A stretch of 64,000 nt of DNA from Azolla caroliniana. Taxonomy: Eukaryota; Plantae; Polypodiophyta. The position numbers and the translations under genes were made by a program. Below are positions 36,563-48,900 of the stretch, piece by piece. Every line of letters starts with the position of its first letter. The stretch's first letter is position 1. The stretch covers positions 10,540,001-10,604,000 of the forward strand of contig JBHGNT010000013.1 in the NCBI GenBank assembly GCA_043228905.1. The letters are read 5' to 3'. Under the pieces are notes generated by a model. The model worked only from the letters and a program-made list of their open reading frames with translations. It was not told where the DNA came from and made no database searches.

Positions 36563-37949
36563 ACAGTATGGTATACCTGTTAGTTTTCTCCACTCATTTG
36601 GTAGAGCTATACTGCAATCTCCCAAACAGAATGCAGCAATTTGACAGGCATGTTGAAAACAAATCAGATGGTATGTGTGGTTGCATGGTTGTAGGTGAAC
36701 CAACAAAGACGCAGTTTTGTCCTCCACACCTAACCCGCAAGCGATGCAACGTGCTTGAACTGTCAATAAATCATTTTCTGGTTCTACTTCATTTGGTAAG
36801 GGAGCAAGAATGTTCAGGTCCAAATCCTGTCTGGTCCTTACCATTCCCTCCACAAAATGTAGTTGCTTCTTAAGGCAGCTAACTACCTATTCTTGATGAA
36901 TGTATTGTTCCTTCAACGCAACAGAGAAATTTACCGATTAATTATTCTTGTTGTTGAAAGATACACCAACTTTGCTCAGGAATCGTTAACTTACTTGAAG
37001 CTTATCCAAATTGTAATCTGCAACAGTATTTACACCTAGAAGGTCCAGGTTCATTGAAAGAACCTGGATCTCTATTTGCAGTTCTATTTTACGCTGGGGA
37101 TCCAGTGGCCCCTCTAATTCAAGCTCCTGTTGCGCAACCTATTCCAGATAATGCTTGGTTAGCACATTTAACCCGTTATTTATAACACAATCACATACCA
37201 GCAAAACAATAGTTACCTGAATCTTATTTCTAATTGTTGTAACAGTGGAAGTAACTTTGCTCTCCATTGCAGAAGCCATTGTGGCTTTCTCTAAATCAGT
37301 CTTAAAAAATGCCAATGTCTCATAGGCTTCATGGACATTTTTTAGCATATAGCTAACCAATGTCTCACCTGTATCATCGACATTGGCTTTCCTTGGGTGT
37401 CGGTGTGGTGTATGCCCCCGGTCTTGCTGGGAGTCGGCAGTTGCATCAACAGCTGCCATGCTCCAAAATCTGTCTATTTTTTGTGCCAAGGTCCCCATCG
37501 TTCAGCATCTTTTTACCGATGCCTCACCATAGACTGCCCAAGCTACCCTATACATTTCAGGGTCTCTGGATTCCTTCGCTGTTTTGCAGTACTCATATGC
37601 AAATGCTCTAGCAAATGAAACTGACAACTCATTGTTGACTGGGATCTCCTGATGAACTTTCTGGTGCAGTCTCATGTAGTCATCGTACAAGTCGGCTCGT
37701 ACATGCTTCAGCTTGACCTTGCCTTTGACTCTAGGCACTGTATATACTGTCATCCAGTCTACATCACTGATCAATTTATCACTTAGGACAGCAGGGTCAA
37801 CACCCTCGAGTGACAGACCATAGGTGTTGTGGGAGTCCTCCTTTGTCTCGCAAAATTTTGCGAAGTTTAGCACTCTCGTATACGGAGGAACGAGCCATCT
37901 GAAATATCATTTCAGAAATCAGAAATAGTGCAAAATCAGAATATGTGAG

Positions 37950-38312
37950 AATCAGAAACCCCAATCAACAACAACAAAAATGGTGCAAAATCTTTAACTT
38001 AGCAAATCAGAAACCCTAATCATAATTTGTATTCAGAAATTTAAAATCAGAAACCCTAATCAAAATCTGTAATCAGAAGTTTGAAATCAGAAACCCTAAT
38101 CAAAATCTGTAATCAGAAGTTTGTAACCAGAAACCTTATTCAGAAATTCTAATCAGAAATTTATAATCAAAAACCCTAATCAGAAATTTCAATCACAAAC
38201 CCTAATCAGAAATTTCAATCACAAACCCTAATCAGAAATTTCAATCACAAACCCTAATCAGAAATTTATAAACAAAAACCCTAATTAGAAATTTCAATCA
38301 GAAACCCCAATC
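37950..38312 (+). repeat. Telo-box (AAACCCTAA)-containing minisatellite
   Basis: About 11 copies of AAACCCTAATCAGAAATTTCAATCA variants. Confidence 0.85.
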
Positions 38313-39202
38313 ATCACTAAAGACAGGATTAAACACAAAAAAAGTAATATAAACACACCTGTTGCTACTCCCTGATTTGCGAGACATCCTTGTATGGGAC
38401 TCCAAGGACTTCGCCCTATTCGATTTTGGGGAAATATGAATCGGCACCAAAGTTAAGACAGAAGTCAAAAAGAAAAAACAAATGTTTGGGGTTTCTGTAA
38501 CTGAAACATACCTGGACGATGATCGAGCGGGTTCTGTGTTGTAGCTCTCAATCTACAATGTCGATTTTCTGCTGTTGCGGGAGCTACGTCTACGTTCGTA
38601 CTCCATCTGCGTTCAAAATCAAACTTAGACTAAATAGGAAATTGATGACATTGAAGTCGACCTTAGATGATGGTGCTATTCCCCAAGTTCCACTACGTCT
38701 GAAACAGAAGTTCAAATATTTGATTTTCCCACAAAAAAGACTAGCTAAACAAATAGCTAATTAGCTATGGCCATTTTAGTAGCTAATTAGCTATAATAGT
38801 GTTTCCACTCGCATGCTTTTACCCCTAACCAACATATTTATGACTCTCTAATGTTCATTATTAAATATGAATATCATGAATGAACCAATGCTTGAATACT
38901 CAAACCATCATATTTATGACTCTCTAATATTTCTTATTAAATATAATGGCCATGAATGAACCAATGATTTAAAATTTAAACCAACATTTATATGACTCTC
39001 TAATTATTGTAAATATATACTATATTAGGGCAGGAATTTGATGGGTGTCATGCTCGTCAAAGGCCATTTTGCCCGTAAAAAACGCACACCCAATAAAAAT
39101 GTCCGTCAAGTGACATCTAAACTTATATTTTTCATTTTTCATGTGAAAGGCGCCCAAATTTTATACATGTCAAATGACATGCTAAAAATTTATTTTCCAT
39201 GT

Positions 39203-39234
<32 letters not shown>

Positions 39235-40104
39235 CAATATGACATTGTATAATGTCATATAGTATATTTGATATTGTAGTATGTACATTGTAAACTATAG
39301 TATATATACATAGTACATACTACAAAGACATATACTATTATACTATTATAATTTATAATGTACAATGTACATTGTACTATGTAGTCTTGTAGACAGTAGT
39401 ATGTACATTTTATAATAGTATATGTCTTTCATTGTTTCAATATTTCATTTCCAAATTCCCCCCTCTTTCTCTTTTACCCCTATTTTTTCTTTTCTTGGTT
39501 TCCTTCTTCTCGGTTCCTGCTCCTTCAGGCGCTACTCGTTGCTCCCTGTCGCTTCTCGGTGATTGCACGACATCTGTTGTTTGCCACTCCACCACTTAGA
39601 AAGTATATATTTGTCTCTCTTTTTTCACTTTCTCTCTATTTTCTTTGTTTTTCTCTTTTATTGATTCTTTTTTCTTTAAATATTGCTCATGATAAGCGTG
39701 TGACAAATTGGAATGCCTTACAAATTGAATATTACATGAGCATGCATGAGGGGAAAATTATATGCAATATCCAAAATTATTAGGTTGTGCATGTAAATTG
39801 AAGACACTCCATCAAATCGAAGAGGAGTCTATACAATAACATTAATCTGTAATAGCTTTGATTGAATGTCATCAGAACTGGATGCATATGTGTGATATTT
39901 AGTAGTGACCCTATTCCAGACACTCAAAGTTCCATGATGTTATATTGGAAGCATACGAACTCTTGTTTGTAGACAATGTAATGCCCCCCAAGCAAGCAAG
40001 GAAAGTAAAATGTTTGCTTGTCTAGAATACAAACGCCATGTAATCTTCTTGCCTTGTGCTTTCATCAAGTGCAAACTATTAAAAACGTTTCGTAATATAT
40101 AATA

Positions 40105-40416
40105 GGGAAAAGTACCAGGATACCCTTGGAAGTTCGTCTATTTACTAGAATGCCCTTGGAAGTTCCAAATTTACCAAACTACCCCTATGTCCAAAAAAAT
40201 ACACTTTATAAAGTAAGTACAAAGGACCCAAAGAATCTCTTAAGTAAAGAAATTTGTGTTTTAAGGGTATTCTGGTAAATAGGGCTTGTAGATTTGAGTG
40301 TATAATTACTTTATAAAGTGTATTTTTTTGGACATAGGGGTAGTTTGGTAAATTTGGAACTTTCGGGGGCATTTTGGTAAATGGACGAACTTCTAGGGGT
40401 ATCCTGGTACTTTCCC
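40105..40416. mobile_element. Mutator-like MITE
   Basis: Long TIRs beginning GGGAAAAGTACCAGGATACCC. 9-bp TSD TATATAATA at 40096-40104 and 40417-40425. Confidence 0.9.
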
Positions 40417-41777
40417 TATATAATATACGACATCAAATATATTGCTCTTGTTTGCCTTCTTTACATTTTTTTGCATTAAAAATCTTCGTTAACTTCTTGC
40501 ATTATCGCATAAATGTTGTGCATTGTCCTAGAAAAGTTAGTGTATGGAGATGTAGAACAATGACATAGCTTTACCATAACCAAATTTATGTCCACACAAT
40601 AAGATATAGAAGTGGCATTTTAAGATTTATCATCAATTCAATAGTCTCGTGTATTATCTTCCCATGTCAACGGTTGTTTAGCACTCAACATTTCTCACAC
40701 AATGACTCATTCAAAAGAATATGTTTTCCCTTAAGCCATAGGTTTCCCTTATTTAGACAATATAAACTCATGGGGAATGGCAACCATGAAGTCATTGATG
40801 ATGACTTCACTAACATATATGAATTGTTTGTGTTGGCTTGTCGCATTTTTGAAAAAACAACGAGATGCATGAGTAGACATGATGGGGAAAATGACACATT
40901 GAAATTGAAGGCATGTTAAGATTTCCCTCTAATTTGTTGATTATCATGCATAAATAAGGTCTCTCAAATGGAGTTGAAAAACAATACTTGGAAATCCATA
41001 TGGACACTTACATCCGGGCAAAATTCTTCTAAAAGTACTCAATTGATTTCTATTGTGTTATATAGTCTTTTTCCTTTATTGTTTGTCATTCATGGAGAAA
41101 TTGCTATCCACAATGTAGATAACGGTCGCTTCATCATCATCTATTATGGCCAAGTCACATAAAGTCTCCCTTTTCGGTGGTCATCGAATTTGAGGGCCCA
41201 ATAAAATATTGGATTCTTTTTACAAGTTTATGCTTTATGTGCAACAAGTCATCTTATGACTATTTTTGAATCGCAATTATTTAGAGTACATTGATTGCAG
41301 CTTCGTGACTTCCTCAATGCTTACATATTTAGGTTTAGTTTTTGACAATAGTTTCAACTAAGGAAGGGCGTGTGATGGCAGGGCCATTGTTAACCATTTC
41401 CTTTATTGGATTCCTTTGTCTCCCATCATTGAATTTTCTTATCTTTGTTTTGTGTATGAATCTCTTTTAATAGGGAAAAACTTTTTTAGACACTACCAAT
41501 TTCTCTTCTTTTTTCCCCCTAAGTATATTTACCTCACCATATTGATTAAATGTCAAGAAAGGTTTTGAAGAAACATATGTTGCAGTTATATAAGGAATGT
41601 AACATAGAAGGTGGAACAACCTCACCATGCTCACATTTTACATTCAATCAATTTTATTTTCTATAACATCTTATGAGTTCAAACTCAATTATTTATGGGT
41701 TCATGAAAAGTTGACGAGCATTATTACCTAACATTTTTATTGTCCTCTTGTTTTAATATATCCACTACTTTTTTCTC

Positions 41778-42143
41778 TTGATCTTTTTCTTCAGTGAGCG
41801 AGAAGATTTTGTTGGTATGCTTGTTAGAATTGCTAAAGGAAGAGGAATGCATGATGCATGGGATATTTGTTGCAAAGCACAATCTTGGTGGCAATTATTT
41901 CCAGGTATTATGCAATTGTGGCAACTATGTATGACTATTCCTATTAGTACGACAACATGTGAACGAGCTTTTTCACGTCAAAATATCATAGAAAAAGATA
42001 TTAGAAACGGTTTATCTTTGGAAACTTTAGATTCTTTGATGTTTATATCCTTGAATGCTCAAGATACATCACACATTTGTTGGAGGGATATATTTAACCT
42101 TTGGTTTGAAGATAAAGAGAGAAGGATAGTATCATTGAAGTAG
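41778..42143 (+). pseudogene. hAT transposase C-terminal dimerisation domain fragment
   Basis: LCMTIPISTTTCERAFSRQNIIEKDIRNGLSLETLDSLMFISLN. Confidence 0.88.
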
Positions 42144-42816
42144 ACACATATTGTAGAATGCTTAATATGAGGAGTCACGGTATGATAAACATTTTTTGTG
42201 TTTTTTGGGCTTTAAGAAATATATGATGATTTAAGTATTCAATTTGTATGTTTTCATTATATTTGTGAGGTAGTTATGTTTATTTGTTTATCGTTGTATA
42301 CTTGCAATAAAATGTATAATAATGAAGCATCATATAGAGCTTTTAATTATTAAAACTTGTATGTCAAATGACGTGTTAGTTTTTGCACTCTCGTGTCATA
42401 TGACATACATCTTTAAAAAATGCCCGTCAAAAAACTTAAAGACTAACCCGTCAAATTCAGGCCCTGATACTATATGTATATAAAAATTGAATGTGTATAT
42501 ACTATATGTATATTATATACTTAATGTTTTTTATTTAATACACATTATGGAGTACCAAGTTTATTTACACGTGGGGAATAACAATTTTAAATAATTGTTA
42601 CTTCATTATAGGATTAATAAGGTATAAAATATAATTTATGAATGTTATACTGACTAGTGTATATATTTATTAATATAATTAATAAATATATTATATAAAT
42701 AAAAATATATTTCTTTATTGAGGGAGCTTATGTTTATAGGGGGGCTTATCATTTGTTTCAATCTCTTATATTAGCCTAAGCACATAACTTCGAGAGCTCA
42801 GTGTTGACCTTAAGCC

Positions 42817-45540
42817 ATGAGTGAAGACTCACTGTTTTCGATTGAAGAATATTGCTTGTCATCTGACTCATCGTTTTCTACTGAAGAGTATTGTCTGTCA
42901 CAGACTTGCCATTTTCTATCGAAGAATATTGTCTGTCGATAAACTCACCGTTTTCCATCGAAGAATATTGTCTGAGCTCATCTTCTCCTAAAACTCATGT
43001 GAATAATGACTCATGTGAAGAGTTCTCTATTGAAGAATACGATATTAATAAAGATACGGACAAAGAAGATAATCCCAATGAAACATCGAAGATCATGGGC
43101 GAGCAACCTAACAACAAAGAAATTGATTGTAATGTGGTTACCCCAATTTCTAGGCAAGACGAGAAATCGGGAAGCCCCATGCATATTAGAAAAATCCCAC
43201 GTAGAATTCGGTTGGCCAGATTTAACTTAGTGACATTAGATAAGCAACTTTGATTTGATGTCAACAAAACATGTTGTGACCGAGGTTGTATGTCAATGAT
43301 GGGAAAATAAAAGTTGCGAGAATTAAGGCATTATTATTTTTCAATGACTGGTGATGAGCAAGACACTTACCTTAGCTCACATATGCAACTGGTGTTTGAC
43401 AAATCTTCGGGGATCAAAGTATCATTCGAGTATTATATCTTCCATGCATAACAGATATGTAGAGTTACATTCAAAATTGCGCTATGTGTTAGTAATATGC
43501 AGCTACATAGAGTACAACAACGTCTTCTTAGCAGGGATCAGATGCTCAATTGTAAAGAGGTTCCAAGTATGGAAAGGTGTAATCGAAAGACATGCTATTG
43601 GTTGGATGAAAAGTTACTTTCAGTTAAATTGTGAAGTAATGCCCACTACAGCCAGGATGCACCTCTTTGATAATTACACACATCGGGAAGTTTATGATGT
43701 CTATCAATAAGATATGGTGGACTCAAGTAATAAATATGTCACATATAACCAATTCACAAGATTGTGGAGAGCATGGTTTTCAAATGTTATTATTCCGCAT
43801 AAAGTACACATGGGGTATTGCTCAATTTGTGTAAATCTTAAAAGTTTGGCTGAAGGTGTGAAGACATCAATGGAAAAGGATATGAGTAAGAAGTTACTAC
43901 AGGAGCATCGTGAGGCACAATCGTTAGAACGAAAGAAGACGATGCATCATAGAGAGAAGTGTTTGAAGAGGCCTGAACAATACATGTGCTTAATGATCGA
44001 TGGCATGGACCAAAAGAAGACATGCTTGTCGCATATGCGGAGGCTCCCCAAAGACATCAATGATGAGTGCCTTGTTCAAATGCACTTGGTGGGATGCTTG
44101 GGTTATAATAAGTCAGTTGGACCTCACGTCTTCATTACATACCCCAATGTTCACAATGATCCCAACCTAACAGTTACAATGATTCACCAAGTTTTGATGT
44201 CTTGGGGTCAACCATTCCCCCCTGTTCTATACATTCAATTGGACAATACTGCTAGAGAGAACAAAAATTCAATTGTGTTTGGCCATCTAAGTATGCTGGT
44301 CAACCAAGGATTGTTTAGAAAAGTGAAAGTCAATTTTCTTTTGGTTGGCCACACACATGATCATATAGATCAGATGTTTAGCACATTCTCCATACAGTTG
44401 TGTCGGCATGATGCTTTCACATTACCAAAACTATTTGATGTCATTTGTGATGCATATACACCACGCCCAAAAGTGTTACACTTGAAGGAGATATATGACT
44501 TTAAGAGATATATATCAAATGGGGGTGTTGGGAATGTTAAAGTGCTCGCCCAATTAAACAATATAAGCTTCAATCACATTTTTATGATAAAGAAAAACGA
44601 AAAAAGTGGTTCTACGCTTTTGTATGCCAAACAATATTCATCTTCTACAAAATGGGAACCTGAAGGTGGTTGCCAGTTCTTACTTTGTATGCCGAGTACA
44701 ATAGTCCATGGAGCTAAACAAATGCCAATTGAGAAGAACGGACAATTGCATAGTGACTTGGTATCGGAACAAAAACACTTATGGCTCCAAGAAAGGACAA
44801 ATTGAGGCCGCAAAGAAATATGCTGCAGAACAAGACACGTCATGGTGGGATGTATTTTTTAGTGATCAGAAAGGAATTACTGACAATTCTAATTGGACCT
44901 TGGAAACGCCATTCACATGATCGTGTAAATAATACTCCGGAGCAACCAGCAAGTGCGATTAATAACAATTTGGTCCATCCACAACAAAGAGACATTTATG
45001 TGGGACCAAGAATGACCAAAGCAACTGAAGCTAGATGGCAAGGCAATTTGTAAGAGCTCACGGCGGGGATGTTGATTGTAACACCTACTGATGAGAACTC
45101 ACATGGCCACCAATTTTGGATTGGTAAAATTTTAGAAGTGCTAATGCATGAAATAGAAAACACGATCAAGCGTATCAAAGTGCATTGGTATAACAATAGA
45201 AGTGAAAATGCTTTATTGAATGCCCAACGACAACGGGAGGTAGGAAGAGGAAGCGAAACATTCGTAACACCTCGACCCTTGATATCTTTGATGTGGATAT
45301 CATCATGTACAACTTCACGCTTACAAAAGCTGGGTGTTTAAGGAAGTCAACAATAGATATAATAAAAGAAAAATTACCAGGTCTATAAGGTGGCTCGAGT
45401 CGAAGGCAAACGAGATCAGCTGCATATAATCTAGAGTCACACCATTTGGTTTATGATAAAGATAATGCATTGATTGGTACATCCGAGGATGACGAGAAAG
45501 AATCATCATTGTATATTGGTTATAGTAGTGATTCTCCGTA
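42817..45540 (+). pseudogene. Sola1-like (DUF7869-type) DDD transposase, decayed
   Basis: CSIC, LMIDGMDQKKT, LYIQLDNTARENKN, FLLVGHTHDHIDQMFS. Stops and frameshifts. N-terminal 13-aa FSIEEYCLS repeats. Confidence 0.85.
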
Positions 45541-45911
45541 AAGGAGTGATCATGAATGTATTTTTGGCTATTAAGTGTAACTGCCTTCCACTTGTAACGA
45601 ATCAAGTAATATAAAAGCATGTGTTTTGAATTCATTTGACTCCTAAGAATGTCGCTTCTTATAAAAAACATTGGTTGTAAAGTTTGTGAAATAAATTAAA
45701 CCCTAAACGTTTTGAAATTCCTCTTTTTTTATTTATTTTAAAATCACGAAAATGGTACATTTTCAACCTTTGTCATAGTATATTTGAGAATGTATGATAT
45801 TGTATCAATGTGTTTTGTAATATCACTAAAAAAATACTAAAATCAAATGGAATATTCCTTATCCTTCCATTTCTGCGCGATCCTTCCACTTGTGAACCAT
45901 ACGTGTTATGG

Positions 45912-48900
45912 CGTTTTGCTCCTTATTTTTGCAAAAATGTGAAGGCAAGGGCAAGTTAGAGTCGGGAAAGACATTAACGTATGGGAAAGTTTGCAATGTC
46001 GAATATGTTCGTGTCGATGAAGGCAACATTGTGATTGACTGTTGCCACCCTAAAATCCTACACAAAGATATACAAACTAAAAACAACTTGATTGTTGCAC
46101 TCTGCCCTTATGTTACTGGGGAATTGATGATTACCGAACTTGAGACACCTCCAAAACCGTCTCGGAAATCTAAACCAGAACATGAAAAATATAAGAAAAG
46201 AGCTAAACTTGATGACTGATAGTGATGATAGAAAGAGAAGAGAAAGAGGATAGATAAATCCAAATCTCCAAAGATCGATTGATAATGAATGATCATGATG
46301 GAAGGACGAGAGAAAGAAAATATATAAATCTCAACCACACTACATGAACGAGAAAGAAAACACCACAAGAAATAGATTAAGAACAACCAACACAACCTTA
46401 CTCTCTTCCCCTTATTACAAAGTTATCATTTCCAAGATCCTCTTCCATCCTCCCCTTCTCACTTCTTATAATCTTCTTATTCTTCCTCCTTCCTCTCTTT
46501 TTCACGCTTTCTTTAGAAGTTTTTTATCTCCTATGTTTAGCTATGACAAAACGACCTTCTAATCGTCATATCTCCCTCATCCAAGCTCCAAATGTAGAAA
46601 CTTAAAATGCTACAAAAAGCTCTCTTTACGAGCTTTCTAACCCATATTTAAACATGACCATTCCTTTTGGACTGTTTTTGGGTGGCCTACTTTTTCTCTT
46701 TTTACTTTTCTTTGTGTCTCTTACTTTTACTTTTGACTTCTTCTTAAGGTCTTGGTTCGTGATCTTACCCTCCAAATGTGAATGATGCATACCTTATATT
46801 CTTCTAATGTTCGATGGATTGAATTCTAAAAACACTTTCACAATGATGAAAAAATCGAAGTGATGGAGTTTGTAGAGGAGGACGAATATGAGCAACAAGT
46901 CAAAGTTGTTCCTCCTAGGGGGAAAATGTCATCAGGGATTTTGACATCGGATTAGAATTGAATACGAGAAAATATTGTAAAGACAAAGTTGGTTCATAAA
47001 GGCCGTCTATTTCATTTACCAATTTGATCTATTCAAAGGCCACCACTAGATCCTACGACCAAAAGACAACATTTAGAAATTTGAGAGCCCCATTCAGTTC
47101 ACGTGTAGAATTTAAAGAGCAAGATGAAGATTAACCTACACGTGACTATTGTGCCATTTCTTGTAATGGTCGATCCTAATCAATGCCCAACACCAACAGA
47201 TTTTAAGTATAGTTTAGCTAATGATTATACTTATTACGTAATTTAAGGATCACATGCAGCTGAAGCCTAACGTCAACTTGTGGAAAAATATCCTCTGACC
47301 CCATTCTTTAAGTATACCGAGTGCAAAGTATACGTAGGTCTAACTCATGAAGAGGTCAAGGTGTTAGCTTGGGACCATAATATTGATAATGATTACAGGT
47401 AGAAAATGTCTTGTATTGAACGAATAAGATTTTTTCATCACGAGTACCTCGATCCATTGCAAAGATATGATCCACTTCATAGACAACGGTTACTAAAGAT
47501 GAGTATTGTTGTTGAAGAGAGCACAAAGTCAGAGGGATTGCGAAAATATGACTAGTGGTTTCAACTCGCCTTCAAAACTAGGGAGGTGTAGGATTACACA
47601 ATAAAATATTTAGCATGTGGGAACGGAAGGAGGTGAAGGGAAAAAGGGCAAAGAAAGCCAAGGTGAATCCTCAAGTAGAGATAAAGTCAAAGCCACATAA
47701 AAGTGACTTCATAATCGAGGAGTTACCCGAAGATATGAAGCTACTTCCTTGGCAATCGCTTCAAGGCATTAAAGATGACAGATTGCTTATATCTGTACTT
47801 TCGTGAATGGTCACCAAAGAATTTAGCTTGGACGAGATGGTTCCTGAGTTTTGGAAGTATCTATCATTGGCAGTTCTTTTTCGGATTTTTTATTTGTGTC
47901 AATGATTGACCAATTATCTCTTTGGTTTTTAACCATAAAGTTTATATGAAGATCCTGATCATATTGATCATTGCAAAAACTGTCTCGCTCCGAAAAGGCA
48001 GGTAACAGTAATGAAGGAATCCCAAGCTCCTTCATTACACATTTAGAACATCACACATTTAGAGCATGCCAAGTACGAAAAGCAGATGACAAAAGGAAAG
48101 GAGTTGGAGGTGCCCCAGGATCCATAAACTGTCAAATGTTTCTTGCATAGGGACGACCCATTCCGGCAGTTGTACTTAGCATGTTTAATGGGGAAGTTGG
48201 TGATATGCTAAAAATATTACCTAAGAGGCACTACATACTCTTGATAGTTGATATACCATATGGAATCCGAATCACAGGATCTACATATGATGATGTGCCA
48301 TATAAGCACGCCCAAATCGAGAAGATGGTGAAGTACTTTACCGAATTGACCCTCACACCATTGTGGACAATTGTAATATTTCATAGCATGGGTAAATCAC
48401 TGTCCGTCACAACTGCATTGAAGTCGCGTTGTCATGCTATGAGCATATGCACTGGTAAGTTACAAGTTATTTTTATTAGAGAAAGTTGTTTTGATATGTA
48501 TTCTAAACACCATTATTTTACAATTTAAATAGGATAAAAATGAATATCACACGAAGCCCAAGAGATAGGATGGTTAGTGCGGTTGAATATCTTTGTGTAT
48601 TGTATTACCATGCTATCACGAAGAAAAAGGCATGGGCACATGTGAATGAGAGAAATGTCATGAACTATATTATGTGCCCAACTATGATGAAGAAACTATG
48701 CCATGTTTCTAGCGATAAAAGTCTCGTAAACCCATACTAGAAACCGGAAAGACTTATAAACCGTCTAATTGAACCATTCTCAAACCTGGACGATTGGGTT
48801 TTAGATGTGTTTCCTGGAACAAGTATATAGTTTCAATCTTTACTTTAAATCAACATATAGTCTAGTATTCAGTTTGTGTAACATGGTTTATTCAATTCTA

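Larger units (their letters stand above)
33512..38510 (-). pseudogene. Multi-exon cargo gene of the Sola2 element: RING-like finger + degenerate FCP1/SCP (NIF) phosphatase-like domain
   Basis: CIAC...CNHTYHLIC...C...C at 36557-36853. ALILELDKVL...RFLEWAVEYFDLFIWS...NTLILD at 33512-34050. Plausible splice sites. In-frame TGA at 37502. Confidence 0.65.
27939..38824 (+). mobile_element. Sola2-like DNA transposon, 10.9 kb
   Basis: 24-bp TIRs GGGT(G/A)AAAGCATGCGAGT(A/G)GAAAC at 27939-27962 and 38801-38824. 4-bp flanks CCAA/CTAA. Splits a tandem repeat unit cleanly. Confidence 0.85.
39026..42466 (+). mobile_element. Non-autonomous, decayed hAT transposon
   Basis: TIRs TAGGGCAGGAATTTGATGGG and CAGGGCCTGAATTTGACGGG. 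Flanking direct repeat ATACTATAT. hAT dimerisation motif inside. Confidence 0.85.
22532..45907 (+). mobile_element. Sola1-like DNA transposon carrying a ParB-MTase cargo gene (~9 kb after removing nested inserts)
   Basis: Left end AACATGTTCGCGTTCACAAGTGCAAGGATTGCACA versus reverse complement of right end AACACGTATGGTTCACAAGTGGAAGGATCGCGCA. 4-bp TSD ATGG at 22528-22531 and 45908-45911. DDD transposase remnant lies inside. Confidence 0.8.
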
